A stretch of DNA of 63,937 nucleotides, filler included, from Octopus bimaculoides (taxonomy: Eukaryota): the NCBI RefSeq assembly GCF_001194135.2. It is 8 parts of 7 records of this genome, joined end to end, with 100 filler letters (N's around TTAATTAATTAA, not from the genome) between each part and the next. Parts side by side here need not be neighbours in the genome. Positions count along the whole stretch, not along the records: positions 35,493 to 56,981 come from NC_068984.1; positions 57,082 to 59,152 come from NW_026358360.1; positions 59,253 to 61,719 come from NW_026378965.1; positions 61,820 to 63,937 come from NC_068983.1; 4 more parts are not named here. One strand, written 5' to 3'. How positions within the stretch are numbered: position 1 is the stretch's first letter; each line of letters begins with the position of its first letter. The notes below the pieces were generated by a model. The model was not told the DNA's origin, did not search any database, and saw only the letters and a program-made list of their open reading frames with translations. The position numbers and the translations under genes were made by a program. Shown here one piece after another: positions 48,600 to 61,863 of this stretch.

Positions 48600-49520
48600 C
48601 AAACATGAATCTTTTCGACTTGACAGACGGTTCAATCAGCGTCGAATGTCACAATTAGGTACACACCGTATACTTCTTGCAGCTTCAGGTGTTCAATTGG
48701 GCTCAAATCGAGGCTGTGAGCCGACCATAAACATGGTTCTGATGTTGTGCAGACTCAAGAAGTCCATGATCAACCTGGCTGTGTGAGAGGGAGCATTGTC
48801 CTGCTGGAACACGTGGCTATGGTGACGCGCGAAGAAGGGCACGATGTGAGGTCTTAGGATCTGATCAACGTAGCGCCTCGCAGTGATGACATTCCATCTG
48901 CCTTCACCAACATTTTAGAACAATGTCTCCAAATTCTCTGATTCAGGTCTACAGCACCCCAAACCATGACACTTTTGCCGCCCCACGCGTCTTTCTCTAT
49001 AACACATGCGACTCTATAACGTTTAGTCCTTCTACGCCACACACCCACTCTGCTATCCGAGGTGGAAAACGCTGTACCGGCTCTCGCCCGAGAAGACTAT
49101 AGAACTCAATTGTTGATGCCGCCAATGTCAGTGCTGTGTAGCTCACTGCGGCTGTACCTGACGGTGGCGGGTGGTGAGGACAGGCCCTCAAACAGGACGA
49201 CGGCAACGCAGGGTCTTGGCGGCCTGTCAACTTCGCACTGTGTTGTCGATCGTCCGATCTGTCATGCTGACAGGTCTGAGGCGATCACGGAGGTGTTGCA
49301 GGTGGTTGTAGTGGTTCTGACTGGGTGTGGTCACCAGGGGCTGTCTCTGATGGCACAGTCTGCCGTGCTGTTGGTGTTGTTGCATCGCTGTTGCTGGCGA
49401 TAGATGATGCTGACATGGACATTGTAAGCATTCACAACAACCAGGGCACATTGTCCTGCTTGCAATCGGCCCATAGCTGGTTCTCTCTCTGCGCTACTGA
49501 CAATGGGGTCATACATGATG
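48600..49520 (-). mobile_element. Tc1/mariner (DD34E-type) transposase pseudogene
   Basis: The minus strand reads AMGRLQAG (HTH), LVTTP, RRPV*GPVLT, VFSGESR (first D degenerate), VWRR...RY...WGGKSVMVWGA, QQDNAPSHTARLIMDFL, with many frameshifts. Terminal inverted repeats were not identified. Confidence 0.85.
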
Positions 49521-49860
49521 CATCCAAATTATGAATCTCAGGAACGCGGTTCAAGTTGATTTTTATACCTATAACATTAACGAGATGCACGTGCATTTCA
49601 GTTTCCATAACGATCTTTTACGACTGCTACCCACGGCATTCAACGCAGCTCCGTTTTGGCGTCTCGTTTCAGGGTAATTTGAAAGGTTACTTAGAATTTG
49701 GGTCTCAGCCATAAACCAGCAGGTCTTGGAATATTTACACTTACATCCTCGAAATATATATTTTCAGAACTAACCTTAGAAAAATGACATTTTAAAAAAT
49801 CGAGTTTCTTTTGCGGCTTAGCGTATATAAATAAATGAAAAAAAATAGATAAATATATAG

Positions 49861-49909
<49 letters not shown>

Positions 49910-50320
49910 TTATATATAAATATATANNNNNNNNNNNNNNNNNNNNNNNNNNNNNNNNNNNNNNNNNNNNNNNNNNNNNNNNNNNNNNNNNNNNNNNNNN
50001 NNNNNNNNNNNNNNNNNNNNNNNNNNNNNNNNNNNNNNNNNNNNNNNNNNNNNNNNNNNNNNNNNNNNNNNNNNNNNNNNNNNNNNNNNNNNNNNNNNNN
50101 NNNNNNNNNNNNNNNNNNNNNNNNNNNNNNNNNNNNNNNNNNNNNNNNNNNNNNNNNNNNNNNNNNNNNNNNNNNNNNNNNNNNNNNNNNNNNNNNNNNN
50201 NNNNNNNNNNNNNNNNNNNNNNNNNNNNNNNNNNNNNNNNNNNNNNNNNNNNNNNNNNNNNNNNNNNNNNNNNNNNNNNNNNNNNNNNNNNNNNNNNNNN
50301 NNNNNNNNNNNGATAGATAG

Positions 50321-50426
50321 ATAAATATACAGGGATTAGCATTGAGTTGCTTCTCCAACATACTGAAAATTTCTAAATTTTCAGTATGTTGGAGAAGCAA
50401 CTCAATGCTAATCCCTGTATATTTAT
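50321..50426. repeat. Perfect palindrome, 52-bp arms with a 2-nt spacer
   Basis: ataaatatacagggattagcattgagttgcttctccaacatactgaaaattt-ct-aaattttcagtatgttggagaagcaactcaatgctaatccctgtatatttat. Confidence 0.95.
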
Positions 50427-50533
50427 GATGATAAATGGTTTTACCGATAAAGGTTTTTTCATACTGAACTACTTGGCAAAATTGTTAATTATTAATTCTA
50501 TTATTAATTGACGATTCCCTGCCCTTATTCTTG

Positions 50534-50614
<81 letters not shown>

Positions 50615-53478
50615 TGATTGATTGATAGAAAGATACACGTACAAAATGAAGGAATAGCAAGCACCATAATGTAGTTTAGTAGCTAATGATTCATATAGAT
50701 TGAGAGAGGGAGAGCGACAGGAGGAGAGAACATGACATTGATACGGAAATTAGCGTACCCACTCGATATAAAAAGAGGTGACTTCTATTGATGCATTTTA
50801 TAAATGACATTGATAAATTCGTAGTAATCATCGCATTGTTTATTTATTTATTTATTTATTTTTTTTTTGTATACCGGCTAATATTTTTACATTAATTGTC
50901 TAATGAAATTTATTTCCGGTTATTCTCTGCATTATGTATTTTTCCGCAATTTTTCTAATTTGAGCCAATAGCATCCGTCCGAGACATCGTCGATAAAGAA
51001 TTATGCCATTTGCCGTTTGTTGATGGTACTTCAATATAAACTAGATTACAGTTATATTGTGTTTCAAGAAAATATGTTTACTCAGATGTAATGGATAAAA
51101 CTGCCTCTTTTATAGATTCTTAAATCAGTGAAGAAACTATAAAAGAACCCTGACATTCATTTTCTATTGCAATCGGTTTTCTACTTTCGTTATTTTTTGT
51201 TCCTTTTCTCTTTCTGGCTGCAGTGTCGGATATCCTCAATTATGAGATTTATTGAGAAAATTAATTCATTTTTCGTGGATAATAACTAAGATATAAGAAT
51301 GAAATACTACACATTGACTATTATTTGTATCTGTGAGCGACCAGCAAAAAAATGTGTTAGTTTCAGCTGAATGTAACAACAAGCTTTCGAGAAAATCAAT
51401 GAAAACCTACTCACACAGGAATCCGCTGCGCAAAATTCTCTTCGATAAAACAGATCGGAAAATATTCAATCAAGTTGTACAGAATAGTAATTGATTAACG
51501 GTAATAGAAAATATCGTGTTCGTATGAGAATAAATACTGATAGTAATAAAATAATATAATGTTTATCCATACTATGCGTGATTCAACGGAGGTTTCAGAG
51601 AAAATTAAAAAAAATCGGGTCGGTATTAGAGACCAGGATTAATTAGAAACAATATGAAAAAATAAATTTTTATTTCGCCCCAGCGGACTCGATTAAACTG
51701 TTCTATATTCAATTACGAACTGGCTTTGTAAAATTTGACATTTTCAGTGTTTCTTGGATTACAATTGTATATATCCTTGTTTTATTTCTTTTGTGAGTTT
51801 GGTAGGTATTTATAGAAGCCTGTGAGATGTTGTTGAGTAAAATAAAGTCGAAATTTTAGACACATTTAAATAAATGTTATTGGCATATTTTTAAAAAAAG
51901 GATTTGCAATTCTTAGTAATATTTCTGCATTTCAAGCAGTCACAGTTATACGGTAATTTTGCAGTAAAATATGTAAAATCAATTTTTAAAATACAAAACC
52001 ACTGTATATGTCCATAGAGAGCCTTAAAATGAATTAAATCCCCCATCATTTCAACACTCATGGTCATGTTCTGTACGAATGAACTATATTGCCCTTATAT
52101 ACATTACCCCGTGCTTCTGTAAATTAATTCAAGAAGCATTGTCCTACAATGTTCGTCTCTTTCTACTTTTAGATTATTTACATTAGTCTTTGAATCATTT
52201 TGTTTTCCTCTTGTGAATACCTACCAGGTTTAGCCAATGAGTTTTGGACATTTACAGATAATTTTTGACATCCCCTATCTTCATGTTACATCATGAATTT
52301 GGTACAATGTGTTGGCCAATCGTTGTTGAAATGTTTACTCTTTTATTTTTATTACAGGTAAACATTATTTTTATATTCTTTATTTTACAGCGTTGATAAA
52401 ATGTGGTGAAAAGTTGCAAAATTCTAATTTTGCGCTACATGGGAAAAGAAGGATTGAGTGTTAGGACAGCGACAAGAAAATGATCGATCTGCAATTCCCA
52501 GGAACCGTCAATGTATGTGTGGCAACAAACCTGTTTCGAATGTTTCAAGGACAGTGACACAAGCCTCTATGACAAATCAAGGCCAGAGAAACCTTATGTG
52601 GAAGATGAATTGTTACTTTCTCAAGCTTTTTCAATGGTTAAGCTACAGTGAAACAGAAACACCAGTATATTGTCCGTAGGAATTGATCCTCCATAAACAA
52701 TTGTCAATCGACACCTCCATAACCTCGGGATGTAAAAACACACGTATACACACACATATAAGCATAATACATATATACGCTTATTTATTCATACATTTAA
52801 TATTGTTATGTTTTGTTTCCACATGTATAATGTTCTACTAAGCGTTTGTATAATTATTTCAATTTGTCTACGAAACGCTTCATTTTATCCTCTTGTCAAC
52901 TATGCTACGTCTCTGACAACTTTTCTATTATTTTGATGTTTGTTCTTACACTTTTCATCGAGACTTCAATTGAGATAACTTTGACTACAGACACGCATAC
53001 ACCCACACGCAGATATTTCGTAATCTATATGCCAGGAAGTGGTCATTACACTCGCATTTTCTTCACATTTCCTGCATATACATATAGTTTACAAGGTTTT
53101 ATATAACCAGAACCAAAAGTACATTTAATCAATCTTCCTATCAGTTCTGAACTCATGTGCTAACTAACTGAAGGAATTGAAATATATGAAATCCTGTTTC
53201 ACAGGCATATGACAAATATATAAGACACTTAGAGGCACACGTAAACACATTCACCTATATATTCTCAGTGTGTATTTACGTAGAGAATATTGGATGATTT
53301 GTCGTGATTAAATGTGTCAATCACCCACTAATGCCTTCACATCTCAAAAGAGTACGTACCCAGCAATAAGAGGTATATATTCGCATTCTTTCATACGTAG
53401 ATACAGGTTCACAAATATATGCTGACAACTTACGTATATGAACACATACGCACAAATGTAAGTGTACCTATTTTATTA

Positions 53479-53526
<48 letters not shown>

Positions 53527-55374
53527 AGCGTGTGTGTGACAAATGTGCGTGTGCATGTGTGCGTGTGCATGTGTGTATGTGCATGTGTGCGTGTGCATGT
53601 GTGCGTGTGCATATGTGCGTGTGAATATGTGCGTGTGAATATGTGCGTATGTGATTGTGTAATCGCGAGTGTGTGCAAAACAGTGAGAGAGAGAGAGAGA
53701 GTGAGTGAGAGGGAGAGAGGGAATGAGAGAGAGAGGGGTGTGAGAGAGGAATGAGATTACGAATCATACGGGGATATATGTACGTGGTCTTTGTGCTAGA
53801 ATTGGTAAACAAATTCACCAAAAATTTATTCATGAATTACCCATATGCACATAATTATACGCAGGTGTGCAATGTGTGTATGTGTGCGTTTGTGTTAGTG
53901 TCTGTGTATGTGTGAGTGCGTGTGCCTGTATATTTATTTATCTATACATAGCTATTCGTGAGCTTAACCACATAATATATATATCGTAGTTCTTGACATA
54001 ATTTTTCTCAACGATATGAGATAGATTGATTGAAATAATGTATGTAGAACGTTATACCCTCATCAAACATGTTTTTTTTTTTTTTTTCTGTATTTCTCTG
54101 TAAAGCGATTCGAACTTTGACCTTGGTCAAATCGTTAGATGTTATACCGCAGTTGAATATAGAGTTCTTGTAGGGCCAAATAACCAAGCCCCAAACTCGC
54201 TGCTAATGTGTTGTGCACGTTAGTGCCAACCTACCAATGTTCCTGGCCACGTATAAAACTACGTATATACACATCTGCTTATCTCTTTGCCGAGACACAT
54301 GCATACATATAGCTACGTGTGTTTCCGTGTGCGTGTGTATGGTATTAACTACGTTAATGTCTCTATCTACTACATGTTCGTGTGAAAGTATACGTTAATA
54401 CGTTTTAAGCTAGCTACATAAATAGAGTAAAAGGGAGAGAGGAAAATAGACAAAGAGTGAATATGTGTGTGTGAATGTGTACGCGATGATAGAGATTTCA
54501 GTTTCTTTGTATTTATGAGTATTTATACTCAAGTCATATTTTCTATCTTGTAAAGTAAATTGTAAATAATAAGTACACAATCTAATTGTGGTTGGCATTC
54601 GTTTTCTATGAAGCATTGTTATTAATAGGAAAATCTTTCTCTTGATATCGACAATGATTTTAAAGATAGGACCGCTAATTGCGTGTTTTAAAATAATTTA
54701 AGTTCAGACATCAATATTCAAGTGTCATTGGAACTAGCGATTTTTGTAATGCATATATATTGTTCTTTCCTTTTACGGAAAGCCATTGTAACAACATCCG
54801 ATTAATGTATAATAAAGTATGTCATAGAGGAAGTTATGATACGACTATCTTTATAAACATAATCTGTTTCTTTATACAAATTGAAAAATCTTAAAAAGAA
54901 TCCTATTATACATAATATCAGTTGTTATTGTTATTAATTCTAGTATGTGTAGTTCAGTTGTTAGAATCCATTAATACATTAGGTATGTTTTATTGTAAGC
55001 AAATACTCGCATCGATCTTTATTCACAATTATATCAAGAATTATTCTCCATAATATAGCATGAATATAATACTGTATACAATTCAAGTATAACATAAAAG
55101 ATAGAAAGACAAGAGTATATTTTATGTGATGCGACTCAGGCATGAATTTACTATGGAAGTTGCTGTTAGTGCAATCCAAAATAAATGTAAAGTTGTACCC
55201 AAAATCACGAGATAGATGTCCTTGTTTTCAGTATTAAGTCATGTTATCAACTAAATATATCCACCTATTATCCTCTATATTTATTTATATATTTGCATGT
55301 TTGTAGGTATGTATCCTGTCCTTCTCTCTATCGTTTTCTTTCTCTCTTTCTCTCCCTCACTTTTTTTTCTCTCT

Positions 55375-55415
<41 letters not shown>

Positions 55416-55512
55416 CATAGACATAAATATACATATATATATATAAACACAGATGCTTGTATATATATATATCTCCTTTGTTTATATGTGTGTGTGGGTG
55501 TGTTTGTGTGTT

Positions 55513-55549
<37 letters not shown>

Positions 55550-55599
55550 GTGTAAGTATACATACATACATAATCATTTCTACTCTATGGAACAATGCA

Positions 55600-55699
55600 C
55601 GAAACTTGGGGGAGGGGGCTAGTCGATTAGATCGAACCAGTATTCCACTGGTACTTAATTTATCGACCCGGAAAGGATGAAAAGTAAAGTCGACCTCGA
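55600..55699 (-). mobile_element. SINE family B, 3' half
   Basis: gtcgattagatcgaaccag...ggtacttaatttatcgacccggaaaggatgaaaagtaaagtcgacctcg. Confidence 0.8.
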
Positions 55700-56557
55700 A
55701 GGACGAGCTTCCAGCACAGTAATCGTGTACGATATCTTGGTTCAGTAAGGCCTTCAACAAAGTCGAACTCATATTTACCTGGGAAACAACTGCTCTAAAT
55801 CATGTTTTCGTATTATTCATAACTTTGCTTCTTTTGTTCGATGGATTCCACACGTCTCCAGAAAAAAAAAATAGCTGTATTGTCCTCTTAAGGCACTGTA
55901 TCCGTTTCACTTTACATAGTGAACGAAGCCCATATCACAAATGTCATGTGACGTGGCAAGATAAATATTTTAGCAAGCTATTTTAGCCTTAAAATAGTTA
56001 GTAAACTTTTGCTCACCAGATAATTATCCAGTTTGACACGTGAGATGTAATTTCATGTTCAGAAAAACCAGTAAACTTTTGATAATGGAAACATTTCATG
56101 TCTGCGACTTTCGAAAGGTAGACACCATAAACGAACCTACTCTTTAACAGCAAAAAGAGCTTATAGAAGATCTCTTATTAACTGTTAAGTTGGTATGGCT
56201 TAGAGAATTATTTTAGCAAACTCAGAATATTTCTATTAAGGGATGCGGATGTCATCACGCTTTCATTACCTTCATTTGCTGCGAAACGCAGCATCTGCTC
56301 TTTCTCCCAATTTCCTCCTCCACAAACAGAAAAATAAAAATGTTACATCATAACATCAAGGCGCAAGTCTCTCGAACTCAGCTGCAAACACATACAAACA
56401 AACATACATATATATAGATAGATACACACATATATATATACACACATATATACATCAGTAATAAGGACGGATATAATACAGTTCTATATTTAGGAGATGG
56501 GGAATTATGTACGTTGTTTACATTTGACGGATATTTGTCCTCATCTCGTTTGTTGTC

Positions 56558-56603
56558 AACACAACATTTCGGTTGTTATACCCTCCAACCTTCATCAGGT
56601 GTA
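56558..56603 (-). ncRNA. Minimal type I hammerhead ribozyme motif within a short repeat (about 56456-56635)
   Basis: Minus strand: UACAC-CUGAUGA-A-GGUUG(gagggUAUAa)CAACC-GAAA-U-GUU-GUGUU. It shows the core boxes, a 5-bp stem II, a 4-bp stem I (ACAC/GUGU) and a near-palindromic stem III. Confidence 0.65.
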
Positions 56604-56637
56604 TTGGGGAAATTTCGAACCTGGGTTCTCATTCAAT

Positions 56638-56981
56638 GTTATTATTATTATTATTATTGTTCAGTAGTTTTATTTTTATAACGTGCTTTCACTTCACTAC
56701 CGAGCGCAGCTCTGTGCGCCTTGGGTATGTGCTGTGGTTTGCTGTGGTGCTCTCATGTTTATTGTATTGAAAGTGTTTTGCGTAGAATGTGTGAAGTACC
56801 CAGTAGTGCAATTTTCTGTATGTTATATATATTTGTAAGTCCTGGTGTTTTTGTTATGTATTTGTCTGAATATTTTTTTAATTATACCTAAGGCACCTAC
56901 TATGATAGGAATTGTTTCTGTTTTTAGATTCCACATTCGAGTTATCTCTATTTCCAGGTCTTTGTATTTTGAAAGTTTTTC
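56638..56981 (-). mobile_element. R4/Dong-like 3' end, same family as 18163-18432
   Basis: The minus strand reads RMWNLKTETIPIIVGALG...QKIALLGTSHILRKTLSIQ*, then the UTR and (AAT)n tail. Confidence 0.88.
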
Positions 56982-57081
56982 NNNNNNNNNNNNNNNNNNN
57001 NNNNNNNNNNNNNNNNNNNNNNNNNTTAATTAATTAANNNNNNNNNNNNNNNNNNNNNNNNNNNNNNNNNNNNNNNNNNNN

Positions 57082-57198
57082 GAGCCTCGTGGAGCTTTTA
57101 GGTGTTTTCGCTCAATAAACATTCACAACGCTCGGTCTTGGAATCGAAACCACGATCCTATGACCGCTGCTCTAACCACTAGGCCATTGTGCCTCCAC
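57082..57198 (-). mobile_element. SINE family C, 5' part
   Basis: Reverse complement of gtggaggcacaatggcctagtggttagagcagcggtcataggatcgtggtttcgattcc, matching 29962 onward. Confidence 0.88.
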
Positions 57199-57949
57199 AC
57201 TTTTTCATTACCAACCCGATTGAAACTAGCTCTGGCCCTGAGTACAAATGTCTTGTTTTCGTAAGTTCTGAATTCAAATCTTCCACTAAAAACCTTCGTT
57301 ATCATTCAGCTAGTGTTAGGAACATAAATATAAACACACACACACACAGAGAAAACCTGTCTACATCCTGGTACAGTCTACCAGATCCACTCACAAGGTT
57401 CTGTAGATCTTTGCCCATGTTTCCACATGGTGGAAGTGAAACCAGAACATGTAGTATTTGAGAAGCAAACTTCTTACCAAACACCCACCCCGGCACCAAC
57501 TGTGTGTTGGAGTGTATAATGTAGTAACAAGATAGCAAATATATAATCAAAGAAATACACATTTTGCATACGATTAGCCTATTTATCGGTATTCCTCATG
57601 GAATACCCCAGTGGGGGGGTGAAATGCAAAAATCTGTTAAGGCTTGCATGCGAGATCAATCGAAGCCTGCCTGCACAGAAGCCAATCTGATAGGAGCGTT
57701 GAAAACAATGATGGACAGGAAACTTTGAAACAGCTAGATAAAAAGCGATATCATTATTATCCTGAAGATATCCCACAGAGACAATATAAGTAGCCAGTCT
57801 GATGTGGAGTTAGAAAGATTAAAACAAAAGGGAACAGCTGGTCTAAACAGTTATCATCATCATCATAATGCATGTGATCTCTGCTGGTAGGGGTCGGACG
57901 GTTCCACAGGATACAGCTAGACTGAGGACTGTGTTGGTTTCCCCTTGTT

Positions 57950-58249
57950 TGCTTTGGTATGGTTTCTATGGCTGGATGCCCTTCCTAATGCCAACCACTC
58001 TGCAGAGTGTACTGGGTGCTTTTTATGTGGCACTAGCACCAGTGAGGTCTGCTTTGGTATGGTTTCTATGGCTGGATGCCCTTCTTAATGCCAACTACTT
58101 TACAGAGTGTACTGGGTGCTTTTTATGTGGCACCAGCACCAGTAAGGTCTGCTTTGGTATGGTTTCTATGGCTGGATGCCCTTCCTAATGCCAACTATTT
58201 TACAGAGTGTACTGGGTGCTTTTTATGTGGCACCAGCACCAGTGAGGTC
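57950..58249. repeat. 100-bp tandem repeat, three copies, running into a long N gap
   Basis: ggtttctatggctggatgcccttc recurs at 57961, 58061 and 58161. Confidence 0.95.
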
Positions 58250-58974
58250 NNNNNNNNNNNNNNNNNNNNNNNNNNNNNNNNNNNNNNNNNNNNNNNNNNN
58301 NNNNNNNNNNNNNNNNNNNNNNNNNNNNNNNNNNNNNNNNNNNNNNNNNNNNNNNNNNNNNNNNNNNNNNNNNNNNNNNNNNNNNNNNNNNNNNNNNNNN
58401 NNNNNNNNNNNNNNNNNNNNNNNNNNNNNNNNNNNNNNNNNNNNNNNNNNNNNNNNNNNNNNNNNNNNNNNNNNNNNNNNNNNNNNNNNNNNNNNNNNNN
58501 NNNNNNNNNNNNNNNNNNNNNNNNNNNNNNNNNNNNNNNNNNNNNNNNNNNNNNNNNNNNNNNNNNNNNNNNNNNNNNNNNNNNNNNNNNNNNNNNNNNN
58601 NNNNNNNNNNNNNNNNNNNNNNNNNNNNNNNNNNNNNNNNNNNNNNNNNNNNNNNNNNNNNNNNNNNNNNNNNNNNNNNNNNNNNNNNNNNNNNNNNNNN
58701 NNNNNNNNNNNNNNNNNNNNNNNNNNNNNNNNNNNNNNNNNNNNNNNNNNNNNNNNNNNNNNNNNNNNNNNNNNNNNNNNNNNNNNNNNNNNNNNNNNNN
58801 NNNNNNNNNNNNNNNNNNNNNNNNNNNNNNNNNNNNNNNNNNNNNNNNNNNNNNNNNNNNNNNNNNAATTTTTTCTGAATTTTCAGATTTTTTTATATGC
58901 TAGGCCACTTGGTTTTAAACTGAATTAATATTCAATTTATCACCGTCTATATAAATATATATATATATATATTA

Positions 58975-59152
58975 TTTGAGTGCGGCCATGCTGGAGCACC
59001 ACCTTTAGTCGAGAAAATCGACCCCAGGACCTTATTCTTTGCAAGCCTAGTACTTATTCTATCGGTCTCTATTGTCGAACCGCTAAGTTACTGGGACGTA
59101 AGCACACCACCATCGGTTGTCAAGCGATGTTGGGGGAGACAAACACACACAC
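58975..59152 (-). mobile_element. SINE family A, 3' half
   Basis: The reverse complement gtttgtctcccccaacatcgcttgacaaccgatggtggtgtg...gaataagtactagg...ctggggtcga...ggtggtgctccagcatggccgc aligns with 9010-9190. Confidence 0.8.
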
Positions 59153-60655
59153 NNNNNNNNNNNNNNNNNNNNNNNNNNNNNNNNNNNNNNNNNNNNTTAA
59201 TTAATTAANNNNNNNNNNNNNNNNNNNNNNNNNNNNNNNNNNNNNNNNNNNNTATGTCTTCTCATGCATATAGTTGCATGTCTAGACATGCTCATATATA
59301 CTATCTAGTAATCTATCTATCTATCTGGTCTTGTTATAAATTATTATCTTTAAATTAGTTTCTGCAGCCATATTGTAACTCTTGTGAACGACGTGATTGT
59401 GAAATTCCTGTTCATCCTGATGAGGGGGTCATTGCCAAGATGCACTTTAACTTGTAATGGGACCATGGCAGTGAACTCCTGAAATGGCCATAGATGTGTT
59501 TTGACTTGATTTTGTGGAACTCTCTTATGCTCCTTGGACTTCAGCTTACCATGGTTTTTGTGAAATGAACTATTTTGACATATTTTTAATTGAGGGGACT
59601 AAAAACCATTTTTAGCTGATAGATATATTATCAGAACATTTATAAGTACACGAGCAGCAAATTAGGAATCCTAATCAGATTCCAGATTCCATCAAGTAGT
59701 CATTTGGAAACATATTGCAATGAACAGTTTTGATATTTCATTTCTATAAACTTTGATTCAAGTGAAGTTAAAAGAATGGCACAAAGAAGAATTTTATTGA
59801 GAAAGCCAAATCACTGCTGAATGGATAATAATATTAACCTAAATTTAAGTTGATTTTAAAATGATATTCACCTAAAAGCTGCTGTAATACTGAAAGCTTA
59901 TTTTCCACCTAGTAATTAACAACATAACAATGCCAGTAAGTTATTGCTACTGTTATAATTTCTGTAAATATCCACCCAGATATAGCTATTGTTGCTAAGT
60001 AAATATTTACCAGAAGGTTGATGAAAAGTATATAAGTACTGATACAAATACAAAAATAAAAAATAAAATGTGAAAATCCAGCTACATTAAAATTTGATTG
60101 ACTAATTTGTATGTGTTTGCATGTGTGCATGTGCTCGCATGAGTCAGTGTGTGTGGGGGAACAGATGCCTGGTAACTGGAGGCCTGCTATTCGTAACTAT
60201 GTAAGCTAGTATGAGGTATGCATCGTTGGGTCATTGATAATAAAAGAGGCAACTCCACCAAGTGTGTGAGGCTGGTGATTTTGGAAACCGGTTGGATAAA
60301 AAATAGACATATCAAAACAGGAATTCGGGAGCAACAGTGGTTAACTAATATGATGTCTGTGTGTATATAGTGTATATGCATACATGTATATCTTTACACA
60401 TTCATACATACACAGACCCCCCCACACACACACACATATAGATAGATAGATAGACAGACAGATAGACAGATATAAAACAAAACTGGAATTTGAAATTTTT
60501 TGGTATATTTATTCACCATTAAATGTGTTTCATGTGCTAATAGGAATTACAAAGTTTTACATGTTATATAGACATGTAAGAGATTTCCTATAAGTAATTC
60601 TTCAGACAGAGAATTCAAATAATACATACGTGTGCGTGCGTGTGTGTGTGTGCTC

Positions 60656-60699
<44 letters not shown>

Positions 60700-61819
60700 A
60701 TGTGTGCATTTACATATGTATGGTAAATCCACAGGGGAAGAACAGTGTCTATCAAGTTTGATTTTGTTTGTTGCTGTTTAATGACTTCAAACATTTAGAG
60801 AGTGGTACTCATGTCACACAAGTATTTCCTAGTTTACAATTTGATAGATACGCAGGTACTTTTTACACACTATTTGGGGTTTTTTTGCCCTAAGTTATGG
60901 CTTGGGCTGTTGGAAGCAATATATATGTGGGTGGAATTTTCATTGCAGTAATTAAAGAATCACATGCATTGACAATACCCGAATTTGATCCAGCTTGTTG
61001 TATGGAAGGCATACAACAGGCAGGATCAAATTATGATTCATGGTACTCTGGTTACCCATTCGCTGTGTCTTTCATTGAAATGAATTGATGTCTTGGAGAG
61101 CAAAGTAGGATCTTGTTATATGTCTTTATCATCTTTGAAACACATAAGAAGGTGCATCAGTAATATTAGCACAAAGGCAGTTGTATGCAATACCAAGTTG
61201 GTAGCCATTTCATACATACATACATACATATATATATAATATAGAATGTTAAACACTTTCGGTATGCAAATTAGGGACTCCTTCATAGAGTAACTGCTGC
61301 ATTTGTTGAGTATATAAACAGTTTGGCTATTCATTTCTCTAGAGACTATCAGAATGATGTAGATGCCTCTGATGAAAACCTAATAATGTTTGAATATCAA
61401 TTAAGGTTGTTCATGCTTTTTCCCTGTTTATAATTATATATATTATATCTATATATGAATTAACAGGATGAGGTAAAAATCCAAGGCTGTGAAAGATATT
61501 AGAACATTGAAACTGGAAACAGCTGTAAAACCTATTTATAAATGTGAAAGGTGAAAGATTCTACTTTAAATTCTTATTTAGCAACATATTGTTGCAGGAA
61601 GGAAAAAATGAAAAAGGATTAAAAAAAATAAAAGATTACGTTATCAAGAAAAAATCCCCAGAATTACTTCAAGGAAACAAAATAAGAAAAAAAAAAGTGA
61701 TGTGGTGTGGTGGTGAATTNNNNNNNNNNNNNNNNNNNNNNNNNNNNNNNNNNNNNNNNNNNNTTAATTAATTAANNNNNNNNNNNNNNNNNNNNNNNNN
61801 NNNNNNNNNNNNNNNNNNN

Positions 61820-61863
<44 letters not shown>

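Noticed and set aside
52330-52395. Polypyrimidine-AG|GTAAAC as a recursive splice site followed by a second acceptor
   Set aside because: The donor is weak, T-rich tracts are common here, and no plus-strand host gene was identified.
60897-61088. 63-codon ORF MAWAVGSN...
   Set aside because: No recognisable homology. Part of its apparent complexity comes from the hairpin it overlaps.
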